Source of the DNA: Zygnema circumcarinatum SAG 698-1b
Taxonomy: Eukaryota > Plantae > Zygnematophyceae
DNA length: 64,000 nt
Reading direction: 5' to 3'
Assembly (NCBI GenBank): GCA_037447605.1
Contig: CM074804.1
Coordinates: 6,611,909-6,675,908, forward strand
Part shown: piece after piece, positions 36,201-47,571 of the stretch
Position numbering within the stretch: the first letter of the stretch is position 1
How the letters are laid out: each line of letters begins with the position of its first letter
Position numbers and translations under genes: made by a program
The notes under the pieces: generated by a model
Database searches by the model: none
Seen by the model: the letters and a program-made list of their open reading frames with translations, nothing else
Told to the model about the DNA's origin: nothing

Positions 36201-39200
36201 TTGGTGGAAAGGGTGAGGAGTTGGCACCAGAAGAGAAGAAGCTCATTGGAGAATTGAGAGCAGTGGTTGAGGCGCACGGTGGAATGGAGGGTGATGAGAA
36301 AAGCTTTTTCTGGGGGCTTCTGGGACTCAAAGGAGACACGAAATTGCCTAAAGGGGACAAGGCAGGAGAGGAGAAGAAAGGAATGGGAGAGGAGCCGGTG
36401 GGCTTAGAGCGACAGGGAAGCTTTTTAGGAAAGCTCGGGTCGAACCGAAACTCGGTTCGTTTTTCGGTTCGAACCGAAGAGACACAAGATGGTGGCTCGG
36501 ACATGGAGGAAGAGAGCGCATCAGAAGGATACTTCCGTAGGTTTATTCGGGGAAGAGGAGAGGAGTCAGATAAGGGGGAGGTAGCAGAGAAAGCAGAGAA
36601 GCGGATGAAGTTGGATCATGCATTGGTCGAAAGAGGGTCATCGCTGGCAAGTGCAGATGAAACCACTGCGGCTTCAAATGGAGTTTCTGATCCTGGAGGG
36701 CATGAGGCTGGACATGTGAGTGAAGGAGATGGAAGCAGAGGACTGGGCCAGAGGGAAGGGGGCCAGAAGGTTGGAGAAGATAAGGTCATTGGGGAGGTGA
36801 ATGAGGTGGAAAAAGCAGTTTTAGGAGCAGTAGTCACGGATGATGCCTCTCCTGGCAATGAAGGGAATTTTTTTCGGAAGCTTCTCTTCAGGCGAGTTCC
36901 AGAAGAAGGAGCAGAGAAGGGGTTGGTAGAGTCTGGAGTGGGTGAAAGAAGTGGAACTGTAGGGTCTGTGAGAGATGCTTCAGAAGGAGGAATTGAGAGT
37001 GTTGGCGTGCTAGAACGAACAAGCAGTGGAAAGGTGGAGAAGGGGGTGGGAGATGATTGCCAAGCTAGCGAAAATAAGTTTCTGAGTTCTCAGCTGCGAA
37101 AGATTCGTAGCTCTATCGCAAATGCTGCTGGGGTGGCAGTTTCCTTGACTCATCAAGGAACAGGAGGCAATGAGGAGTTCAGCCTAAGGTTGCCTTTAAC
37201 ACCTACAAAGAAGAGGACTGAGGAAGTTTTGTTTAATGATCGAACATCGGGAGCGGAGGCAACACCTGAGAGGAGGCTAGAAGGGGCTGCAGGCAGGGAA
37301 TGCACAGCAGAGAAGGTGGGAGAGAAATTTGGGGGAGAGGAGTCTGGGGCAGTTGGAGAATCCAGCTTCCTTCGCAAGCTGAATCCATTTCGGGCTGGAG
37401 GAAATTCGGGCTTTAGCCTCACATTAAACCTGAGTGTTATCCATGCTGAGGAGAATGGGAATGGCAGCGGATTGGCTGCCAAAGTTCCGCTTACTCCTCG
37501 AAAGGAGCGACATGAAAGGGTCGAGGTCCAAGCCTCCAGCCCAGGCCAGTCTGTCCCCACATCATCGGGAAGCTTTCTGCGGAAGTTGTGGAGGGAAAAG
37601 GGAGAGGATGAGGAGAGAAAAGGGGGAGTTGATAGTGAAGAACCGAGCTATGTCCCTCTCGTGGACCCGCCGGCACCCTCCATGGCCAGCGGGGGGGCAG
37701 GAGGTGGAGGGGCCAAAGGCTCCACTGCCCAAAAGCCGGAAGGGGCTGGGGGAGGGCGTCTTTCATTCATAGGGAATCCCCTTCGCAGCGCAACCTTGTT
37801 GGTTGTTGGTGCTGAAAAAGGTCGTAAAGAAAACAGCAATAATGCGAATGATGGTCCTGGAACAAAGTTCTCTGTGCAAATGCCAGATGAACGCCTGCCG
37901 ACTGGTGAAACCCAAAGCAGTAATGTTGTCCAGGGAGGAAATGCAGCCACTCCTGCAACAACTCCACCAAAGAAGGCCATGGCAGGCTTGCTACCGCTTG
38001 TAAGGTCGTTCAGTGCGCACTCTGCCGAGCCTCCTTCACCTACACGCTCCAATTCGGGATCAGATTCAGCAGCGCTTCAAAGCTCCCGGCCGGGGTCCGC
38101 AGGACCATCCCTAGGACTGAGTTTAAGCCGCAATTTTGGCGTAGGTTTAGGTCAGACTTTGGGATTTGGAGGGGCCGGAGGAGGAGGAGGAGGAGGAGGG
38201 GGAGGCGCAGCAATGCCTGGGTCGGAAACTGCAGCTCGACCAAGTGGTCCGGTGAAGGTACCGAAGGCGGCTGCAGTGGTGCCGGAGCCTGACGAGTGCA
38301 GCATTGGTGAAGAGGTTGGGAGAGCTGGGAGGGAGAGCGCGGAGGATGCAAAGGAGGAGAATATGGCCGCCTTGAATCACCATGGCAAGGTGTGTGACCT
38401 ATCTTTGGTTGGGAGGAGGAGAGAGGTAAGCGAGGATGCTTTATTAGATGTTTTGCGGGCTTGGTTGGCGGCTTGGAGTGTGGAGTGGAATGCAAACGTT
38501 TAATTTTGGGGGCTGTGAGGGATGTTCGAGAAATGCTGAGATGGAAAATAACATCAAAACTAATTAAGTTTTCAGAGGGAATATGAAGTGTAGGTGACCA
38601 TGTTGTTGAGAGCAACGATCACTTGGAAAGAAACAAGTGTTAAGAATGCAGGACAAGACCTTTTGCCTTTTGCCTTGCCTGATGCTTATTCACGAAAGTG
38701 GACTGTAGTCTATTGTGTCAGCATAAGTGGATGGCCTTTAGACTGATGGTCGCAAAAGCAACCCAAAAGTGTGAATGGCAGTCTGTGATTAAAAATTAAA
38801 AAAAATTGACCACGTAACCATGTTCGACTTGCAAATCATCCCATGTATTGTTTTCCTGAAGAAGCTCCTCTCGTGTTTTCATGAATAGTGTATGTTTGTT
38901 TGTCCCGCGCTTATGCTTGCTGGTGATCCCTTGTGAGCCTGAATCCGCGGCGAGGTGGTCCCCTGCAGGTGGCGGAGGGCTTGGCGGGCGTCCCGGCCGG
39001 AGGCGGCGCGGCGCGGCCCCCCTTCCCGCGGTACCCGTCCTTCACCATCCGCAAGGGCACGTTCCACGCCTCGCTCGACTTCGTCAAGGCGCTCTGCGAC
39101 ATCTCCATGGGCCTCGTCAACGTCTTCCCCCTCTCGGACCGCCAGAAGGCGCTCAAAGAGGTGCGTGCTGTCTGTCTGTCTGTCTGTCTGCCGGTCTGTC

Positions 39201-42200
39201 TGTCTGCCTGCCGGTCTGTCTGTCTGTCTGTCTGCCGGTCTGTCTGTCTGTCTGCCGGTCGGTCGGTCGCCTCTAACCGCCCACCTGACTCTCTGCCTTC
39301 CGAGGGCCGCGAGTTGCTCGATCGCCTCGCGATAAAGTCACCCTCCGCTGCGCGCCGAGCGGGTCTGACTGGCAGCCCCGCTGGCGCCAATTCAAATTTT
39401 GAACTCGGCCCGTCCGCCGCGTGGCGATTCGTTGCGGGATTCCCGCCAGTCCGGTCGCCGCTTGACACGTGTGAATCGTTGACGGACTCTGACCTTACGC
39501 GGGGACCATTGTGACCGTTGAGGTTTGAATTAGGGTCCTGCGGCTGCCACGTGGCGGCGGTCTGACGGCTGGCGCCCAATTGTGTGCCGTACGGAATTTT
39601 GTCCGTACGGTTTGTGTTGCCGTTGCCAGTCTCCGTCTGACGCGTGGTCATTCGTCGTACGGAAGGTCGACTCGTGGCAGGCAGGCCTGTAGCGCGTACG
39701 GACGAGGTTAGTGGTCGATCTGGCGGGCGGCAGGATGGATGGACGTCCGTCCGCGCGGTTGACGGCCGTTACTGTCCGTCGTGGCAAGCCTGATTCTCCA
39801 GTATGGGAACTCATAGTCATAAACTAATGCCTTTAAACGAAGTCATAATTATTGACTAAATGCGAAGGGAAAGTTATAGCCAGCGACTATGGCTTCATAA
39901 AAAAGAATGATTAAAGACGCGTGATTAGATATTGGTTAGGTTTTGTGATATTATGTGACACTTAATCACTCATGGTACACGTGTACCATGGTACACGCAT
40001 TACTCGCACGCACATTACCTACTCACATTTATCTTCATATTATTCTTACCCGTTAGGAACTACCCTCTGTTAGGAATCATGTCGTTAGTCACTACCCCTG
40101 GTTTGGTTTGGCTTGGTTCGTTTAGGAGTGTCTAAGTGTAGGAAGTCCTTTGAGGCGACTAATTATTCGCGACCAAATAGCTGCCCCTAGTTACTATACG
40201 TCATTGGAACGGTTGTCGGCCCTCCTGCCTCTCCCCCATGTTACTGCTGCTGCAAAAAAAATCGCTGGAATCGGGGCTAGAGCTAAAGTGCCTCCCAACA
40301 TGACACATCTGTTACGCTGCAATGAATTATTGGAGCTATTTCACTGCCTTGCCATTATGAATGAGATGAAGAAAAGATAAGACTTGCGACTTTTGCTTGT
40401 GTGAGTAATACAATTTCTGTTTGGAGAGTGGTCTTTTCCCTCACAAGTTACGTATATTTTACAGCAGAGAACCCTCATTCATAAATAACGCGCCTTACTT
40501 CACGGTTTTATGCAGCGTGGGCGCCTAACATTTCATAAGCAGTGTTGCGTGTACTTTCTATTTCTGTAATATTCAAATTTGTGATTATGTTTGTGTTTGC
40601 CTCGCTGGAATGCAGTCTTTGGCCGAGCTGAATGCACATTTGGAGGCCGGAAGCAATCATGGCGGTAAGGACCCCATTTGTAAAGATGTCAGTTTACAGT
40701 GATTGGATAAGAAGTGTACTTGTTTTGCTATATTTGACATTCCTGTCCCCACTTCTTATTGCACTTCTTCCTTCTTCCACTTTTGTGATACCCAATTTCA
40801 TTCACTGTGCTTGATTTGCGTTTCCTAAGGATATCTGTATCTGTATCTATGCCAGGTGTCTGCTTCCCAATGGGCAAACAGTTGACAAGAGTGATGCACA
40901 TTCTGGAAGACGAGGCGCTTTTGCTGAACTCGAGAGAGAGGGTGCCCTTCATGGTGTTCGTGGAAGTGCTCAGATGCGACCCCCTCAGGTGAAACCCACT
41001 TCTGACCTTAAAGTAAAGCCTCTGGATTTGGCGCACCGCTTTTCATTGCTGCTGAGATGAGAATTTTCTTGTCTTGGCATTTGCATGTTGTTCAGTTAGC
41101 GATAATGGGTAAGCTCTGGAGTAACATTGGAAACGATCTGTTCCTTTGGGTGAAGAGCAGCCTCAGGAAAGTTGAAGGGGAGGGACCGCCGGTGAAGCTG
41201 ACTAAGAGTGGAATTCCGTTGGCTAATGGCGATGCAAAGCTCCCAAGGCCGCCGCCCTGGGCACTGCATATGTGGAATGCACAGGGGAAGATGGGAGGGG
41301 AGGGAGGGCATAGAAGCCTCCCTGAAAAGAAGGCGTGGGAGGGAGAGACTGTGAAGGTGGTGGATGTGAGCTTGGTAGTCAGGAAGTGCAGGGGGAGGAA
41401 GGCATCTGTATGGTGGAACAAGGGACAATGCGAAATAGGGATGCCGAGAGAGACTAGAGGGGCTCGGAGGAGGCTGAAGTACGGAGAGGAAGCGGAGGAG
41501 TTGGATGTGGCGGAAGGGGGAGAGGCGGAAGTGCCAAGGGAGGAAGATGAGGGGGAGAGAGAAACGCGGCAGGGAAGCAGCTGCAGGGACGAAGCTGCAG
41601 AAGGGGATTCGAGGGAGGGGGGCGGAGAGGTAGCGATGGATAAGGAGAGGAATGCAGAGGGAAACGGAGTTTTTTTGATGGAGAAAGTAAATGGTGGGGA
41701 CGAGGGAAGGGGTTTACGAGAGAGGGAGACACAGAGGAGAGAGGAAGAGAAGGAAGAAACCATGTCAGAGACATCTGGATCTGATGGGTCAGACTCTTCT
41801 GGAGAGTGGGATGGTGCCGCACTCACGGAAGGAGAGGAGTGGGTGACTGTGAAGCTAGTGGCTGTGCCCGGCCTTATGATGGATGATGTGGCAGCCATGG
41901 CGGATAAGGGGGAGGGCCTCCAGAGCCACCGCAGAGTGCCAAGCAGTGTGGCGATGGAAGATGTGAGGGTGGGCACTATGGATCCACCTAGATGCAGCCT
42001 CTTTATGTCTTCCTCCTGTGCTATATGCATTTGTTCGTTTTGCACGGTTTCGTAATTTTAAGTTCCAACGGTGATAATTCACTGTTAAGTGTTTTGAGTT
42101 GTTTCACGAGATGGACGATCGGTGCAATACGGGGCTGAGTATTCTCCTCCTTTTCTCTTCTCACGGAGATGCAGGCTGAAGCGGCGCAGGGGAAGGCTCC

Positions 42201-44701
42201 CAAGGGGCTCCGTCTCTCTCCGAATCCAGAGGTAGCAGAGCAGGTTAGTGCTTGCGAGAGGGGGCTGCTTTCATTACATCTTAGTTAATTCAAGGTGAAA
42301 GGCATTTTGCATGTGGCAGTTGATTTCTCCAGTATAAGGAGCTTTTGTTCCGCTTTGTCATCAGGAGGCAAAGGCGGAAGCCAAGGGGAAACCCATGACC
42401 CCTTCTTTGGACCACCCATTTGGTGAGCTCTGGGCGGACCGGCGGAATCGAATTCGGAAGTCGTCAAAATATGGGAGTTCTTCAGATTGGGATCTCAAAT
42501 CGGTGCGTCTGCTGCACTAAATCATGACTCTTTGGAAATGCTGAACCACTTCATGGAGATGTAGGACGATTGGTGTGAGAACCGTGGTCTATGTATGCTT
42601 GTTGGCCTATGTTTAACACTACGAATACTGTAGCGTATCTGAGAAAGGCACTCAAGGTAGCTGGATGGGAATCTCACCACGGGGTGATAGTTACATTCAG
42701 CATCTCAGGGATGTTCCTGGACTTGGGCTCCCGTTTGGGATGGTGCTTATGTGTTTGCAGATGATTGTGAAAAGTGGAGATGACTGCAGACAGGAGCATC
42801 TTGCAGTGCAGCTCATGTCTCATGTACAAGGTGAGTCATGAAGGCATGTTTGTTGTGCTCAGAAGCGCCCCCATTGCTGAGACCGTGTCGTACTGCAGTT
42901 TAAAACCACTCAACGTTGAAGTTGTTTCAAAGCAGTTTCTGAACCTGGGTTTTGGCCCTTCCTTCCTTCGCTGTTTTGCTGGCAGACATCTTTACTGAAG
43001 CGGAGTTGCCGCTCTGGTTGCGCCCCTACGAAGTCATTGTCACATCTTCCAACACAGCCCTTATTGAGACAATCCCAGATGCAGTGAGTGAAGCTTCTAG
43101 AGCTTGGTTTTGTCCTCGATTGGGCTGCCCCCTGTCCCCTTTCCTCCCGCCTGACCCTCTCCTTGACAGTAAGTCTTGCTGTTGTTTTGGTTGGCAGGTG
43201 TCAATACATTCATTGAAGAATCGAAATCCAACGGTGGGAAGCCTGAGGGAGTATTTTAACCTCAAGTATGGGAGTGGTGGAGAGTTTCGGGCCGCTCAGA
43301 AGAACTTTGTGGAGAGCATGGCGGGATACTCCATATTCTGCTATCTGATGCAGGTGAAGGACAGGCACAATGGAAACATTATGCTCGACAAAGATGGCCG
43401 AATAATCCACATCGACTTTGGCTTCATGCTCTCCAACTCACCCGGAGGTGTCAACTTTGAAAACGCACCATTCAAGTTGACCAGGGAATTATTAGAGGTG
43501 AGGCAGGTGTCTCTGGTTTTTGTAATCCTGTCTTTGGTCTGACATTCAATCAAACCACAAGGGGAGTGGTTGAAACACGGGTCAGTTATCTAACGGATCC
43601 GCAGAGTAGTGGCGGTCAATCTTATTCATTTGACTTTCTCTGACAAATAGCACATAGCAGGTATTTTTTTCAAAATTCTTTTAAGTTCCCTTTTTATTTG
43701 TATCTTTCCTATCTGTTCATATATTGAATTATGTCGATGAGAGAGTGGATGCAGGTCATGGATTCGGATGCCGAAGGAGTAGCCAGCGAAGCATTCGACT
43801 ATTTTAAGGTAAGTCCTCCCTTCACCATTTCCATCTCCCAAAGATTTTCGTGCTGGCTCTCAAGGCACATTCTGTATTTGAGCTTCGACCTATAAACTGT
43901 GGCACAAGGCTGCCATTTATTTGCATGAGCGCTGGGCTTGAGCGATACGAGATTCCTGAATGTAGATTAAATTTGCATGCCGAGTGTAGTTATCTCTCTC
44001 GAGAAAAAGAAGAATCACGACTTCTGTTGTGCCATTCCAGTTGGATAAAATTCATCTGTGACGCGAATCTTTCCTTCGAAGTTTGACACGGTGATGTACT
44101 TTGCAAACCTGTGCAGGTCCTATGCATCCAGGGCTTCCTCACGTGCCGCAAACATGCGGAGCGTATCCTTCTGCTAGTGGAAATGATGCAGGTGTGAACG
44201 ATAAACCTTAGCCGTTCTGTTTCTGTTCGCGTGCTTCGGAACTGATGAAGGTGTAACTTAAGCAAAAATGTTGAAGAAGTGTTTGAAGCTGCTGAGCCTG
44301 ACATGGATAAGAGGAATTTTGGGTTCCAGCATTCGGGTTGCAAGTGCTTCAAAGCGGGTCCCCGAACCATTCACAATCTTCGAAAGCGCTTTCACCTCAC
44401 ACACACAGAAGAGGTCAGTTGAGCTGCAAAGTGAACTGCGTTTTATTGCAAGGATGGCATGGATTGCAGCTTCACAGTGGATTTCTCATATCTTGTGTCA
44501 CTGTTGTAATGCATTTTGGAGGGGTAGCTTGTTTCTCTGATGCATGTTCCCGTCACTGATTGTGTTATTTGGGGAGTGGCGGCTTCATGTCCACTGCAGC
44601 AATGTGTATCGCTTGTGCTGGAGCTCATAAACAGCAGCTTGGATGCTTGGCGGACACGGCAGTACGACTATTATCAGCGTGTACTCAATGGAATTCTCTG
44701 A
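33253..44701 (+). CDS. PI4KB: Phosphatidylinositol 4-kinase beta (plant type III), multi-exon
   Basis: Exon 1 GWLLRFFDSAFFCEWIAVTYLY; exon 2 GVRDYLCNRMYTLP...SKSLRLSLK; exon 3 VHWFLQAE plus a long charged repeat region; GVCFPMGK...LLNSRERVPF; kinase MIVKSGDDCRQEHLAVQL, LWLRPYEV, QVKDRHNGNIMLD...IHIDFGF, FENAPFKLT; C-terminus WRTRQYDYYQRVLNGIL stop. Confidence 0.97.
39168..39267. repeat. Intronic (CTGT)n / (CTGCCGGT) microsatellite
   Basis: Directly visible just after the donor at 39161. Confidence 0.9.
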
Positions 44702-47571
44702 TTTCTTCTTTTGTCCCTTTCTTTCGAGCTGTTTTATGTTCAAGCAATAAGGAGCCAGCCGATATTGGCATAGAGCTGAGTAGAAAGTCAACCACGGAAG
44801 TTGTGTGCTATAGCATTCTTTTGCTCGTAATTGGCTTGAGCAGCATGACGGGCCGATCATGCCAAGAGTAATAGGCAACAATGCGTTGTACAATAAGTAG
44901 GGAGCACTTCCATGTGATCTTCAGCCGCTTCTGGGCCTTGCGCCTCTTCTTTCTGCGGCTGCATATCACTGGTGCCCCCTGGAGCCAGGGCCGCAGGGGA
45001 TAGGTAGCCGCAGAACAGCTCGGTGCTGCGCTGCTCTCAGGGATTAGCAGGAGGCTTGCAGTGTGTGTTCTTTATACTCAAGAATCCCCTTACAGCCCCA
45101 TTTTGTCCAGAAGGCTGCCTATGTATTTGGCCCTGCCGGGGCCTGCCTCTGCGCTATTGAGATATCTGAAGAGCAGACATAGGACTTTGCAGCTGATCCA
45201 TGAAACTGCTCTGCCCTCCCCCTCCCATTCCTCTTTCCCTTCCCCTCTTTCCCCCTTTCCCCCTTTCCCCCTTTCCNNNNNNNNNNCCTTCCCCCCTTCC
45301 CCCCTTTCCCCCTTCCCCCTCCCCCCACCCTCCTCCCCCTCTCTTTCTCTTGTCGCTGAATTGCCAAGCTCTTGTCGCTGAAGTTGCCAAGCAGTAGACA
45401 CGAGGTGAACATAAGGGAGGTTACAATCAGCCGTAAAGATAAGCTACCTATGTAACTCACAATACCTTGGTCCTGTTTTGGTTTATTGTGATGTAGTAGC
45501 CTCAGACTGTCCTTGTGAAAATGAACAAGCGCATTTCTTGAGCACCAATCTCGTTCAGCCTTTACGTACATACGTGCTTTCCCTGGCAGTTGGTTTGATT
45601 CCATGTTGAAGTCTGCAAACAAAGTCATAAAGACCAAGGAAGCAAACCAGGCCATCGTCTTCGAAAAGACTACTAGCTTCCTTTCCCCCCATCTCCGACC
45701 AATTCTCATTCGAAAATATGCTTTATTTTAATATAATTTGTGGTCTTACATGAAGTATAGCTACTGTCATTTGAGGGTAAGCTTCAGTGGTCTTTTCTTT
45801 CTAGGGTCTGCGTCTACTGCAATGGTGTGCGTTCTCAACCAAATGCGGCCGATGGAAGGGACTTATCTTCGCGGACTCTCCTTAATGCAACAAGTTGTTG
45901 AAGGACGAGGACATAAACTCGGAAAAGCAAAACGAGCAGATCAGCGTTCAGACTCTGCCGCCGATTTTTTCTGGAGGTCGTCAAGGCTGTGGGTGCGGAT
46001 GTTTTTCAAGGATAATCTGTCGGCAAGAGTCAGTGCAAGGGCAAGAGTGACGAGAAAAAGTTGGCGAATTGGAGGTACTTACATGTCGTGGAATTTTACC
46101 TCGGAGCCGACTCGCTGCCTTCGTATGAGATCCTTATGAGCCCTATATTCAGTTTGTTGTTATTAAAACTGCCTTGTGTAATTAATTTTACACAGAAAGT
46201 GGCTCAGGGATTGATTAAGGAAAACGTTGTGAATTGTTAAGGGGGGCATTTCAACCTGCCTCCTGGGAGGGCGGGGCTATATATGTGGCAGATAACAAAG
46301 AATGCCGATATATCAGCCATTTGTGACATTCGCAGCTCAGAAGATCGAAGCGCTCGGACATTCCGTGCCTTCGAAGACTCCTGAGATTTTTCTTTCACAT
46401 GGTTGAAGCTCGAGCTAGCTAAAATCTAACCCTTCGATGAAATTCCCGAACTCGAATCGATTCAAAAGCATCGAGAGCTCGTCCAGAGTCGCAACTTCAA
46501 CCAACAACTTCCCCATGGTCTCTTTAAAGAGAAACGAACCATCTGCAAGCACACCAACCCAGCCTACCTTCCGACTCTAACCAACCTCCCAGCGCACGAG
46601 TTGCCTACCTGCAAGCCGCCCGCCATTGAAGGCCCACTACCTGCCCAGACAGCAGGCCGCAGAAGCCATGGCTGCCTCTCGGCCCCATTCATTAGAGGGC
46701 GTTACAGGGCCTACGACGTAGGGGTCTCAATCCTAGGCTCGTAGGCTCCCTGAGAGGAACAGACGCCGAAGCTTCCTTGAAGACGACAAAAAAAGGTCAT
46801 AAGGAGTCGCAGGAGCGCCGCTGGAAGTTTGGCGGCCAATCAAAGGGGGGCAGGCCGGGCAGGAAAAAATAAATGAAAAATACGAATTTAAGGGATTTGA
46901 TGCCGGCCATCTGAACGGAAGCGCCAGAGCGCGCCACGTTGCGCGGACGCAAGAAGGGGCCGCGGATCGGCGCCACGTGGGCCCATGGAAGTGGAATCTA
47001 GGTGGAATCTCGCTCGCGATTGGCTGACGGCTCGCGCGTCAGACAAGCCATGGAAAAAAGAAGGAAAAAAACTGCGGTCCTGAGAATCGCGCAGATTCCG
47101 AGGGCTTCCGGAGCCACAATTTTACCGTGGAATGTTTTGGTTTTGGGCAGGAAAGACCGCCAATGGGAGGGTCGAATTGGAGGGACGGGCAATTGATAAA
47201 ATTTATCGGCCGAGGGAAAGTCCTTAACGGCGAGTCGACGAGGTCCGTAGGGGAGTTCGTCCCGTCACGCGGCACCGGCTGCCGTTAAATGTCGTACTTT
47301 CTGACGTTAGGTGGCCGTTCCACGGGACGGGACCGTTCCACCTACCGTTCCGCAGGAAACCTCTGGTGCTGAACTGGCACCGCCTTACAAAGGCCGCCTC
47401 GCACGGCCGCAAGTTTTTGACAGAGTTGCACTGCAGGAAAGGAAAGGGATAGGGAGAAAGAGGAGCTGTTTGTAGCGAGAAGCGCGCCATCCTCTATTTT
47501 CTGTGTTGAAGAAGAGAGGAAGCGCGATCTCTGTACCTGCCTCGCGGCGGTGTTGAAGAGGATCTGTAAGG

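Noticed and set aside
41092-42045. 317-aa Ser/Pro-rich minus-strand ORF (also 10956-11408 and the many minus ORFs over 35260-38615)
   Set aside because: Antisense shadows of purine-rich, Glu/Gly-rich coding exons on the plus strand.
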